A DNA stretch of 64,000 nt from the NCBI RefSeq assembly GCF_006345805.1, contig NC_043006.1, forward strand, positions 54,684,001 to 54,748,000. Direction: 5' to 3'. The position numbers were made by a program, and so were the translations under genes. The stretch is from Octopus sinensis (taxonomy: Eukaryota). Shown here one piece after another: positions 11,842 to 23,726 of this stretch. Every line of letters begins with the position of its first letter. Positions within the stretch are counted from its first letter, which is position 1. The notes under the pieces are model-generated. The model had not been told where the DNA came from and ran no database searches. It saw nothing but the letters and a program-made list of their open reading frames with translations.

Positions 11842-12668
11842 CGAGCTTAAAAGCCACCCATTAGGGCGGCTTTTAAGCAACTGACCCTGAATGGGAAGAT
11901 CTGCAAACAGATCTCTGATTTGTTTTGGAGAATTTCTTGCAATTGCTTCCTCCGGAGTCATATCCCAATGATGATCATATTCGTTGCAAAAAATCATGTT
12001 AAAAAAATCGCCGAAAACAATTGCAGTAATGAAAACATAGGAATCCAAAATTTCAGGACTGCAGGTCTGGATTCGGCCTAAAATGTTCTTAATTTACTCA
12101 ACAAGTTAACTTTTAGATTATAAAAATTGTCCTAAAAAGCCATGTAAAAACATTGCCAAAAACAATCACAGTAATGAAAACTTGGGAATCTTAAATTTCA
12201 GGATTGTGGGTCTGGATTTGGTCTGGAATATTTTTAATTTACTCATGGAGTCAGCCTGATTCCAAAATGGTATGATATGTTGGGCTATGGCCTCTAGGAG
12301 TAAAGTTGAAAAAGTGTGACACTGACATTCACATTTATTATATCATATCATATCATATCATATATTATATTATATTATATCATATTATATTATTATATTA
12401 CATTAAGGCGGTAACCTGGCAGAATCATTAGCATGCTGGGTGAAATGCTTAGTGGTAGTTCATCTGCCATTAGGTTTTGAGTTTGAATTCTGCCAAGGTT
12501 GACTTTGCCTTTCATCTTTTTGGGGTTGATAAAATTAGTACCAGTTATGTACTGGGGCTGATGTAATCAACTTAATCCTTTCCCCCAAAATTTGAGGCCT
12601 TGTGCTTCAAGTAGAAAGGATTTATTAAAGTTGAAAAAGTGTGACACACTGATGTTTATTATATTAGA
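11842..12668 (-). mobile_element. Non-autonomous Helitron-like remnant, interrupted by a SINE
   Basis: 5' A|TC-type end at 12668; minus-strand peptide EYDHHWDMTPEEAIARNSPKQIRDLFADL resembles the Helitron RepHel D..W...EA....P.QLR.LFA motif; 34-nt hairpin at 11845-11878; internal ~145-bp duplication. Confidence 0.6.
12405..12626 (+). mobile_element. tRNA-derived SINE family A
   Basis: aaggcggtaacctggcagaatcattagc...gagtttgaattc. Confidence 0.8.
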
Positions 12669-13695
12669 TATGTTTAATTTTGGGGAAACTTTATTTCAAT
12701 TAAAGTGTATTTTTATATATATATATGTGTGTGTGTGTGTGTATGTATATATGTATAAAAGAAAGCAAAAAATAAAATGAAAATGACAGTGTTCAGTATG
12801 TTGGCGACTGGAATTTCCTTCAAAGAGACATAGTTAAACAAAGTTGTACATCATCTCCCTCTTTCTCTCTCTTTTATTACTCCCACTTCCACCATCAACA
12901 CTACTACTTTTACTAGAACATCATGAACTCTCTCTAAATTTCTCTCCCTCTCTGTCAGTCTTTGCCACCACCCTCACTGTCTCTATGCCTACTATTACCC
13001 TCACCCTTTCATGAGGAATAGCAGGAGTGTTATTGAATAGTGAGGAGGGGGGGGTCTAAGTGTGACATACTGACACACAGAAATTAACTGGCTATTAAAT
13101 TTGCTTGGAATGTTAATCTTTTGCCTATCCAAAGAATTTTCATAAGCATGATGTGCATGTCCATGCTTGTTTTCTTTTCAGGACTTTTAATTAGCCTTTG
13201 TTTCATACGTTTTGAGTAATATGAAGCCTTCATTTCATAAGTCCCAAGTTATTCTGGTGGTTAAAAAAAAACAAAAATTGGGAATGTTTATCATGTGTGA
13301 TCCATGGACACCAGGGAAATATGTCCTGTGCATCACATGTGATAAACAGAACAGGTAGAAGAGTTCAAAATTACTAGTGCATTTCATATAAAAATTTAAA
13401 ATTATAGGCAAGCTTTGCCTATAATGTCAAAACAAAAGCAACCAAACAACACCAAAGTGTTTCTCGGTTAAGATTTTCCATAAAATTCGTACAGAAAACT
13501 ATTGCTTACCTTATTTAATTAAGCATACTGATGTGTTACAAAATTAAGAATAACAATGTTTTACAAAATGCTAAAGCATAAGTATCGACTTTTCTAAAAG
13601 TTTAATCGTGCAGTTAAAATCTGTGGTGTACCAAGATACCCCTTGCCATGCACTGGTTTTCCAGGACACACTGTTTGAGAACTGATGCTCTAGAG

Positions 13696-13896
13696 CAGTG
13701 CTTTTCAACATTTTTGCTGGGGCGGAACCCCAAGGAAACATTCCACTGGCTCGAGGAACCCCTGTGCAATAATTTAATAGTCTTATGCACACATATCTGC
13801 ACAGGAGAATTTAAAATTACTGCCGATTTTAGCAGTTTTGTAACTTCTTGCAGAACCCCTGGAATGTACTGGCGGAACCCTGGTTGAAAACCACTG
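13696..13896. mobile_element. hAT (Buster/Charlie-like) MITE, 201 bp, perfect 8-bp TSD CTCTAGAG
   Basis: TIRs cagtgcttttcaac / gttgaaaaccactg; ctctagag at 13688-13695 and 13897-13904. Confidence 0.9.
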
Positions 13897-14146
13897 CTCT
13901 AGAGAGTCGCCTTTCTTTTACTGACTTAAATACCACAAATACGATTTACATAGACACATACACACACATTAATGAGTCAAAAGTGAAGCAGGATATATAT
14001 TTTTTCAAACTAATGAGTATGGATTAAATATCTTATATATATATTATTTTTAGATAAGAATGTTGCTGACTGTGACTTTAGCCAGTTAAGCCATCATCTG
14101 ACAATGGCTTAGCTGGTTAAAACTTTGAAGTCTCTGTCATATATCC

Positions 14147-14191
<45 letters not shown>

Positions 14192-14238
14192 GTTTGTGTT
14201 TATGCTCAGCAATAATAAAAACAATTTGAAATTTCTAC

Positions 14239-14281
14239 TGCCTGATGATAAGCTTCACGAGCTTTGAAACTTCAAGTAGCA
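14239..14281 (+). ncRNA. Type I hammerhead ribozyme motif
   Basis: tgc-CTGATGA-t aagct tcacg agctt t-GAAAC-ttcaa-GTA-gca. Intact core, 5-bp stem II, pseudo-palindromic stem III (actt-c-aagt), GUA triplet. Confidence 0.8.
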
Positions 14282-14514
14282 TGGAATTTGGATCAAACTG
14301 TTTTCATCCAAACATACACACACACTCACACAATAGGCTTTTGCACAGTTTCTATCAACTGCTTGGCATTTCCCTTGGGTTTTTTTTCTATCAGTTTATA
14401 CCCGAAGAAATCACTTCTAAGTAGACTTCTGTAAATTGCATGCATTCACAGCAAGCAGCAATAACAACAGTAATAGTTTTGAATTTTGACACAAGGCCAG
14501 CAATTTTAGAGGAA

Positions 14515-14686
14515 GGAATATGTCAATATCATCAACCCCAGGGCTTGACTGATACTTATTATATTGACCCCCAAAAGATAAAAGGCAAAGTCAACTTTGT
14601 GGCATTTGAACTGAGAATGTAAAGTCAGAAGAAATGTCATGAAGCATTTTGCCTGGCGCAGTAATGATCCAGCCAGTTTGCTGAGG
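14515..14686 (-). mobile_element. Degenerate tRNA-derived SINE family A
   Basis: Reverse complement of the family A head and body. Confidence 0.65.
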
Positions 14687-14799
14687 TCAAGAAGAAGAAG
14701 AAGAATAATCATTCTTAACCACAAAACATATGCAAACACCAAACAAACCTCAGAATTCAAAACGAAAGTGTAGAGTATTCTTTAAAACAATGCAACTGA

Positions 14800-15470
14800 A
14801 AGGCTCATAATTCCAGCACTTTGAGTGGCACATTTCTGATCATTCACCTGGTAATTTGAGCTTGTTTTCCAATATCTTTGCTTGAATACATTTTGAAATA
14901 TTACGTGAAAGTTATGAAGAATGCATTTATCTTTATGCTCCTTTAAAAGAAAAAAAACAAACTGTCAGAATGTTACCATTAGTTTCATGCAAAATATTGC
15001 CTCTAGACAATATTGATGACTGTTCAAACTTGCTGGTCAAAAGTGCATAGATTCTTCTATGCTGGAGGTACCATGACTCTTTGTTAGGCAGTGTCAAGAG
15101 TGGAATAAAATTTAATGAAAAAATATTTTTGGAAAGGAAGAATTATTCCCCATGGATTGGTGTTAGCCATGGGTGAAGTGTGTAAGCTGCATGTGTATCA
15201 TTCGCTGTTTCAAAGATGGACATGACTCTGTTGTCAAAACGAATTTACATTTATAAAGACATCAGTTGAAAATTTCCCATTTGAAGTTCAAGAAAGTGTC
15301 CAGATTGTGTGAATTTTTAAGAATGATTCTCTCTTCCATCAAGCAGAGTCAGCATCTCCTTTTATTAAGATACAACTGAGATTGTTCCAGCAACCTCTGG
15401 TTGATATTCTATGATGTTATGTCCTTTACTAACAATCAATTATAACTAGCTAAAGTTGTAACATTGCACC
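14800..15470 (-). mobile_element. Penelope-like element fragment (GIY-YIG C-terminus plus downstream pLTR-like sequence)
   Basis: Minus translation of ~15245-15400, C*LCLMEERIILKNSHNLDTFLNFKWEIFN*CLYKCKF, matches the PLE endonuclease terminus pattern C.LCL.EK..IL...LN.K.E...C.HK.KF. Confidence 0.65.
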
Positions 15471-16050
15471 TTTCCTGGATCCTAAATGAAGAATTATGAC
15501 AATTTAACCTTGCTTTAAAGGGGCCCTATGTATTTCTGTATATACATCATATTACTGGTGTCAGGCATACTGTTTCAGAGACCACAGATTCTCTGTTGCA
15601 TTGAGCATCCATTGGGCACTTACAGTAAAATGTACATCAGCATCTCACTCTGCCTGCTGTTTCAAACCTGCCTAATGTTTAGGGTATAATAAAATAGACT
15701 CAGTTCATGCTGTGAAGTGGTTGATGATAGGAAAGGCATTCCACCATAAAAATCATGTTACACATAAAAAACAAAAAATTAAAGAAAACGAAACAAAACA
15801 TGACCTACATAACAACAAAGATTGGGAGTTTACTCTACTGTGTGAATAGATTGCAATAAGTAGCAAGCCATTGTACTGGAATAAACAAGCGTTCAAACTA
15901 TCCTTAAATACAAAAACGAAAGTAGAAGACGATTATACATATAGACATGCATGCATACATACATCCCCACACACACACACACATAGATAGCTACACACAC
16001 ACATACCTATATATATATATACACACACACACACATATATATATATATAA

Positions 16051-16111
<61 letters not shown>

Positions 16112-16299
16112 ACTTGAAATGGTAGAATTTTACAGCATGGATTAATGGAAAGATGAAGTCGCAGTCTCTCTCTCTCTCTCTTACACACATACACACAGTC
16201 ACACATATATAGATGTATGCGTCTTAACCTATATGTGTGTATGTATGCGTGTAGTTGTAGTTCTTACATAATGACACCTGCACGTGTATGTGTGAGTGA

Positions 16300-16928
16300 G
16301 TGTATTGATAGTCGCAGTTCTGAGTCTACGAGTCTACGATAGATGGCAGTGGTGGATCTTGCGTTGAAACGATATTCGGAGAGGTGGGCGGTGTTTCGAT
16401 GTTTTGTTATCTAAGTAACCTAATAACAACACTAGACGGAAGAAACAGGAACTGCACAACTATAATCCGATATAAGAAATCAGCAACAACAAGGACATAC
16501 AAAAGAGAAAAGAAAAAAAAAACACGAACTGTAAAAATTGAAAGAAAAACATATACAATGAAACATAAGAAAAAAAAAATAGAAGGTATGTCAGCGAGAT
16601 TTTAAGGTACCCGCGCAGCGGTTGAGTAACAAGATTAACAGATATACAACAAACAGCAGCAATAAGAACAACAACAAGCAACGTTGAAATGCCGAAAGCT
16701 GCCGCTTGAAACTTGTGTGGTTGTTAACTGGTGGTTACTTAAAACATTATTGCTTCAGTCCATTAATTGAAGGACAGGCGGTCGGTCGGTCGGGCTGAGA
16801 AGAGATCTGTCGGACGCACAGGCTATCGGAACGATTTTTACATGCCTTGCCTTACGGTCTTATTCTTCCTATAAGACATCCTCGATGTAAATGGAATTAT
16901 AAACAGAAGGAACAGAAGAGTCTTCAGA
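16300..16928 (+). promoter_or_regulatory. CpG-retaining promoter / 5' UTR-like region
   Basis: Repeat-free and locally CG-rich (ccgcgcagcgg, gcggtcggtcggtcggg), ending in an ATG and a splice donor. Confidence 0.45.
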
Positions 16929-16940
16929 ATGTCCCTAAAG
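16929..16940 (+). CDS. Candidate first coding exon end (Met-Ser-Leu-Lys, phase 0) of an unidentified gene
   Basis: cagaATGTCCCTAAAG|gtaaac, with A at -3 and an AG|GT donor. Confidence 0.35.
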
Positions 16941-17354
16941 GTAAACAGCGCTTATTAGTTTCTATCGTTTAAGACAAAACGTAAATAAAGGGACGACAGG
17001 TGGGAAATTAAAAAAAAGAAAAAAAGAACGGTGGAGAAAAATGAAAAGGTCATCGATATTTCTGAGAAATCGAAATACTTTTTCCATCGACAGTTATGAT
17101 ATATTCATGGTTCTGTATCTATGTGACTGTATATGTATAGATCTCAAGCATTTTCCCTTTTTGTTTCTGTGTAAACATGTACGTATGTATGTATCTGTGT
17201 GTGTACGCATTTGTGCGTATGTGTGCTTATGTATGTATACATACACACATTGATATATCTATGTATATATATAGATGTATATATATATATATAAATGTAT
17301 GTATATACATATATATATATGTATGTATGTATATACATCTATCTACCTATATAA

Positions 17355-17389
<35 letters not shown>

Positions 17390-17569
17390 TATGTATGTAT
17401 ATACATCTATCTACCTATATATATGTATATATATATATTTATATACACACACACACACATATATATATATATGCAAGCATTTATGTCAAGATTTCTTTGG
17501 AATTTGAACAACCAAGAGAAACTCAATGTTTGCCACTATGTATGTATGTATGTGTGTATGTTTGGAGGT

Positions 17570-17760
17570 CTGTGTTTAGTCGCTGGTCACTCTTCATTGA
17601 GCAGACATGATCAGAGGTATTCTAGTGATGACCATCTGAATTTTAGGGGCACTCTAGGACTACATTATCTAATGTCTCCTTTCTTTCCAAGACTAGAATG
17701 ATTTGAATGAGATTTGACTGCTATTTCTAGCTATCACACAGGCTGCTTCATTGACTCATA
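17570..17760 (-). mobile_element. SINE family D (ctagaaatagcagccaaatc core)
   Basis: Related copies at ~26545-26770 (+), 32210-32400 (+), 32530-32745 (-), 32830-33010 (+) and 62600-62850 (-). Confidence 0.65.
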
Positions 17761-18399
17761 TATATATGTGTGTGTGTACATACACACACACACACACATA
17801 TCAAGAAATATATAAAACAAATTAAAGGTCATTAAACTCCATGCTATCTATCTAGCTGTCTATCTATCTGTCTGTCTATCTATCTATCTGTTTATATTGT
17901 GTGTGTGTAGACTGTACATTTGTATGTGAACATGTATATCTTTATGGGTCGCAAATGTAAATGTTTGTTACGATAACCCTAATAACCCTGGCTACTGCGA
18001 CCCTTCCCACCTCCATCGCCACCACTTCCCACATCATGTTTAACTGAGTCAATATTTCAAACCTTGTCTTTTATTTGTTTCTATAACCATGTTATCTTGT
18101 TTAGGTGGGTTGGTGAGTGGTGGAATATCTTGACTCATCTGTGTTGCATGTTATAGGATTTGTCACATAGATGTTGGGTTTACCGAGGAAAAAAAAAAAA
18201 ACATAAAAAATGGTATTAATGTGTGCCCAAAGGGCTTTTGCAGACCAGTTAATGCAGTTTCAAGAAACGAAACTGTATTGCCTCACACACAAGCTATGCA
18301 GGATGTAAGTTTTGACTTTGACTCTAACAAATTTGGACACCAAATAAAACTAATAATATAGATATATGTACGTGTTTTGTATGTCTCTATGTATGTCAG

Positions 18400-18780
18400 G
18401 TCATTCTTAGTGCTGTTGCTATCATGTAACGCAATACAACCTGTCGCATGGTTGGGCTGTCAGCGATCAAACCGGCAACCTTACCAAGCCTGATTGGTAA
18501 CGAGAATGGTTTCTGTTTGACACCTTGCAAGGCGAAAATCAAAAGCTGTCAAAGCATAGATGAACTTAGGAGTCAATGGCCTCAACAGCAGGGCGTGTGA
18601 GCCCCGACTTCTAGACATCTCTCTGGAAAGAAAACTGATGTAACACCTGGGCCTTCGTTTGCATCCAATGATGTTGACTAGTTCTTTTGGGGCAAATGCA
18701 TATATTGTTTAAAGAAATGGACTGATCCTGTGCAAGGCCTTTCTTCAGTATATAAAAAGCTTCAGGCACTGACATCATTT
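18400..18780 (-). mobile_element. Probable CR1/Jockey-group LINE ORF2 C-terminal fragment
   Basis: Minus frame ...YAFAPKELVNII...SRSRGSHALLLRPLTPKFIYALTAFDFRLAR resembles P.EL..II...R.SH...L.P...Y..SF..R. Confidence 0.35.
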
Positions 18781-19593
18781 GATTTTTGATATCTCTATAT
18801 AATAATAATATAATAATGAAATTATTGTATACAGTGCTCAGGTGCACCACAACTTGTCAGAAAGTGCATATAAAGTCTGGAAAGTGAACAGTGTATGAGT
18901 CAGATACATGCTTGTGTGTGTATGGAGGGGAGAAAATCAAGTGTAGTGTTGGCGAATCTCAGGAAGCATGGAAGTTTTGAAGGATGCAGTGCTCCTTTGT
19001 ATAGATCTATATGTATTGTATATATGTATATATATACATCTATATGTATTGTATATAATGGCATAGCTTTAGTGTGTGAAGGGAGGATGGAGGTGGTTTG
19101 CTTCAGGCAATGGCACTTTTGAGCGTGCTGTATAAGCTTTTGGAGGACTGGAAGGTGAAAACCCAAGAGCTGGCAGTGTACTGGCAGTACACACTCTGGC
19201 TGTGTCATTACTTGCATACTATGGCTGGCCATAGCTGAAAAAGCAAAACGTTGAATGAAAAACTCCATGATGGAATGCAGGCATGCGTAAGCATGGGTGA
19301 TAAGCTGTCTGAACACCTGGTCCAATGACCTTGTTGCTACATCTGTGCAAAAGTGTGTAAGTCCCTAGCAGAACTGAAATGTCACATCTATACTGCTTGT
19401 GTTTAAGAGAACAATTAAGTGATAATTTTGCTCAAATTTGAGTTGTAGCCATCATTTATGTATGTATGTATGTGTGTGTGTGTGTGTGTGTATGAGAACG
19501 TGAATGCATGCATGACTGCTTATGCATGTTTTTGTTCCTCTTGATTGGAATTAACCTACCACCTGCTCAGTGGAAAGGTTGCATAAAAATGAT

Positions 19594-19777
19594 ATGACAA
19601 ATTCTTGGCTTTGGATAAAAGAAAATGCAGGATTTTATTCAACATCTCAGATTCACACACTTATTGCAGCAGTCCTTCAGTTTTTTTAAGCCTTGTAAAA
19701 GAACTCGGAAGGTTGGGCCTCCAACCAGGCCTTTCGTGATACTCTTAAAGCCAGGAACTTTTCAGCAGCCTTTCATA
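19594..19777 (-). mobile_element. Mariner-derived MITE, second copy of the 11559-11782 family
   Basis: Shared sequence gattttattcaacat...ctcagattcacacacttattgcag...aaagccaggaacttttcagca. Confidence 0.75.
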
Positions 19778-19837
19778 TATATCTATTTATGTATGTGTGT
19801 GTATGCATTTGTATGTATATAAAAGTGTGTGTATATA

Positions 19838-20706
19838 CAAAGTGTGATGGGTAAATTGTCACCATTTTATATTGTTAATTTCGTGCATGCGCGTTCTTTT
19901 TGATTTTGTTGACTACATAGTATAGTAGGGTCAGTTGGGCACTGTCTATGAGAAAAAACAGCACCATGATGCAATTCACCCTGCCAGAAATTTGGAAATG
20001 ACATGCTGTACTGCTTGGCATTTGCATCGGAAGCTCCAATAAGAACATTTTAGAGTGTTTGGGTGTCAATCAGAGGACATGTACTGAGAGTGATAAAAAT
20101 CAAACATCCAGTCAACATCATGGTATTTGGAGTGATCACTAGTGATGGTGATGTTATGTTTCCATTCATCTTCCTACATGGCCTCAGACTCAACACAGAA
20201 ACCTACTTCAAGTGCCTGGAGGAGGTAGTGCTGCCCTGGGTCAAGAGAGTAGTTGCTGGAACACCCTATGTCTGGCAACAGGACTCTGCATCATGCCACA
20301 CAAGCAAGAGAACCTAGTCATGGCTGTCAGAGAATTTCTTTGATCACACCATCCCTAGCATCTGGCTACCCAACTCCTCAGACTGCAACCCCTTGATTAT
20401 TATGTGTGGTGCAGAGTTAAGCGAGAGATCATCAAAACTCCTTGTAACACCAAAGATGAACGGAAGGCGAGGATTATGGCAGCATTCACCAACTTGAACA
20501 AGGAGACCGCTCAGAAGAGTTGCAGGAGATTCCAAAGTTTTCTGGAGGCCATGGTTGAAGCCAATGGTGATTTTACTGGATAAATTTACTCTTTAGTATT
20601 TCAAGATATTTTTATGTAATTTTGGTAAATATATCTGTTAAAATGAGATGTCAGTGTTATTTTCATTCTTGCATAATTTAGACAACAGTTTATTCACTGC
20701 ACCATG
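19838..20706 (+). mobile_element. Internally deleted maT/DD37D-like Tc1-mariner transposon
   Basis: MVFGVITSDGDV..., YVWQQDSASCHTSKRT, W(L)PNSSDCNPLDY; degenerate TIRs flanked by TA. Confidence 0.8.
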
Positions 20707-20844
20707 TATATATTGATTAAAGAGGATCACTTAATAATGGGGCACATACCATTGGGCTATGCTATCTAGTAGTATGTTGATATTTGCTCTTATGCAACAT
20801 CATGCAACCTGAAGATTTGAGAGTTTTTCTGTCTTGCTTTGCAG

Positions 20845-20880
20845 TATCTTATAAATGCTGCACTTCATACATACCTGCCG
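20845..20880 (+). CDS. Candidate 36-nt exon (YLINAALHTYLP in phase 0-0)
   Basis: Strong acceptor tttttctgtcttgctttgcag| and donor |gtatga; in frame with the MSLK exon; lies in unique sequence between transposons. Confidence 0.35.
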
Positions 20881-21062
20881 GTATGAAGTTACAATGCAGT
20901 AAAATCTCTAAATAAAACAATTCTAGCAATACTGGATAATCCATTTGTTACTTTTATTTTTTTACACACACACACACATATATAGTAAAGACTATTTGCC
21001 AACATAATGGGGCTAGACAACAGAAACAAGCATCCCTTTCAGGACAGCCACATATATAAGTA

Positions 21063-22262
21063 CAGTGGTACCTTGACTTATGAGTTTAATTCGTTCTGTG
21101 GAGGAGCTCATAACTCAAATTACTCGTATGTCAAATCAAATTTCCCCATTGAAATTAATTGCAATGCCATTAATCTGTTCTGGGCCCCTAAAAAAACATG
21201 GCAATTATTTTTGTTACGTGTTTTTAAATAAGAGAAATGTATTTATAAATAACAAATATTGTATAAAAAAAACAATACAATAGAATGTACTGTAATAAAC
21301 TGGTTTTCTTAAGTATAATGTACAACATTTACTTTGGTGATCAGATAACTTGAGGATGCTGACAGAGGTGGAGGAGAGAGGCTGAACTGAATAACTGAAT
21401 CATATTTGCTGATTTTTGCCCCTTTTTGTCATGCTTTCCTCACTTTCATCTATAGGAGTTTTTGATAAAAACCTGACCAATAAGGTTTGTTTCATCCTCA
21501 CTTTCTGAGCATTTCTGAAATGAGTTAGTCAAGTGTCATTAAACAGCGCTGTTGCACGCCCAGATGCAACTTTTTCTGGGTGTTTCTTTTGAATAAGGTC
21601 TGGAAGTTTCTCCCATATTCCCAACATTTCCTATATCACACTGGTAAAGATAGCCTCCTCTGTGTCACCTATTTCCTGCAAAACCTCCATGTGCTGCTGT
21701 GTCTGTAGCTCCTCTATTGTGAGTTCCTCGGAGTGCTCCTTGATGAGCTCATTCATGTCACCTTCATCCATGCCCAGGCCCATGGACTTGCTAAAGGATA
21801 CAATTTTCTCCACTGCTGTTGCCTTGGGTTTGAGTCTTTTAAAGTCTGTTTCAGACACAACCTCAGGCTACAGCTTCTTCCATGCAGAGGTCAAGGTCAT
21901 CTTTGTAACACCCTGCCAGGCCATAATTCTGAGGCATATCACAATGTTATAGTAGTCCTTCCAGAACTCTTGAAGGGTGAGGTTTGTGCTCTCCGTCACC
22001 TCAAAGCAGCAGTGGAACAGGTGCTTGGTGAAGAGCTTCTTGAAATTAGGATCCTCCTGCTGGTCCATGGCCTGAAGGATAGGGGTGGTGTTGGGTGGAA
22101 GGTAGAGAACTTTTATAAACATGAACCTTTTGAGGATGTCATCTTCGAGGTTAAGTGGGTGAGTAGGTGCATTGTCCAGGAGAAGGGCTTGCAGAGGTAG
22201 ATTATTTTCCTGGAGATATTCTTTAATGTCAATACCAAAGATCAAATTCCTCACTCCACAAA
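21063..22262 (-). mobile_element. Tigger/pogo-like DNA transposon, truncated
   Basis: Terminus ta|cagtggtaccttgacttatgagtttaattcgttc; DDE_1 motifs LLLDNAPTH and LPPNTTPILQAMDQ (ORF 21868-22254). Confidence 0.9.
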
Positions 22263-22279
22263 GAGCTGCTAAAAATTAG

Positions 22280-22547
22280 AAAACATATAAATATATAATT
22301 TTGCATTTTAAATACCTTGTATGGAAAATCATACAAGGATTACATTAAGACACGTTTGGAACACTCAGAATGTATAAGCAAGTATATTACGTGTATATGT
22401 ATATGTGTGCACACACAAATTAAACATGTTTATATATTCTGAATATTCCAAATGTGTCTTAATGTAATCCTTGTATTGTCCTTTGTACACCCTGATGATT
22501 TTCCATACAAGGTATTTAAAATGCAAAATTATATATTTGTATGTTTT
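22280..22547. repeat. Imperfect foldback palindrome (arms ~100-120 bp, one arm with a ~20-bp indel)
   Basis: atatataattttgcattttaaataccttgtatggaaaatcat and acaaggattacattaagacac are mirrored in 22430-22547. Confidence 0.85.
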
Positions 22548-22676
22548 TGTATTTTTAATTTTGTTTGTGAAATGAAACAATTGTATGTGAATATGTTAAT
22601 TAATTAGCCTCCATTGCATCTCTCTGTTTTCTAACTTGATAATAATGTTTGATATTTTACGATATTTTATATAATA

Positions 22677-23052
22677 CTAGCTGTATCACCCGGTGTTGCT
22701 TGGGTTTGTTTCGACCCTTTAGAATTGGAATTTTTTTAAAATAAAAAATTTGCATTATTCTCTTCAAGTGAACATTTTTCCAGTTGAAATACACCGAAAA
22801 ATGGTGACACAGCAGTCAAAAATCGTAAAAAATAAAGATTTTCATAGAAAAAAGCACCTTTTTGATGTAAATAATTTTTGGTGTTAACATGGTCCGATTT
22901 GAATTTTATCTTCTACAGAATGAAGAACAAGCCTTCTTCTATCATACTCTCAATTTTGGTTAACTTGCGCTGCAGGGTCTCGAAGGAGATAGTGTTAGTT
23001 GAAGGCTACCAAACCTGCCACACAGAGACAACTTCAGCTTTATATATAGAGA
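22677..23052 (-). mobile_element. Non-autonomous Helitron
   Basis: Minus strand starts A|TC (23052) and ends CTAG|T (22677), with an accc..gggt subterminal hairpin remnant; no TSD. Confidence 0.75.
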
Positions 23053-23726
23053 TTTGCAACACACTACTTTCCATCCTTAATAATGCAACTTGGTAGATCC
23101 AAAAGTTAAACACACAGACACACACACACAGATACACACAAGTTGAGTTTTATATATATAGATTTCTCAACGGGGATTTCAGGGAGTCGCTGGCGATGTA
23201 TTGTGATGATCAAAAATCCGGCCTGTTAAAATTTAGTTAAAGTGATTCAAACTGCGGACTCAACGCAAAATGGTCACATTTAATTCAAAGCATTAAAAAT
23301 GTTATGAAAACAATTGGTATGTGTTCACTAAGTCCAAACGATTAATACGAAAAAACCCTCCAGGCTACATCCCGAAAACTCATTTCTTTGCCGAATTTCT
23401 AAAATGTTTATGGCGATTCGTTTTTATATCTTGATTTTTTTATTTTTCATGCAATTTATGCATGCTTGCACGCGTGGTGAACACAGTTCACGTCAAACAG
23501 CTGACTGAGTAAGGTTCACTATTCAATGCATGGGATAAGGCCTAAACAAACACATTATCGATTTTTGCACTTGCGAGATGAATTTCGGAACAGAGATAGC
23601 GCAGTTCAATTTTCATTTGCCTAAACTTTAAGTGACCCATTTTTAGTGGTTCTACGATTTGTTGGCTAGGAGATGTGCTGGGAAGTTAAATACACAGACA
23701 CATAGGTTGAGTTTTATATATATAGA
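23053..23726 (-). mobile_element. Two further stacked Helitron-like segments with 5' A|TC ends at 23162 and 23726
   Basis: Both end (plus strand) in gttaaa..acacagacac..gttgagttttatatatatagat. Confidence 0.6.

Noticed and set aside
16929-16940. Naming the MSLK start as CUL2, RALY or PLD1
   Set aside because: Four residues are uninformative, and no downstream exon matching these proteins was found.
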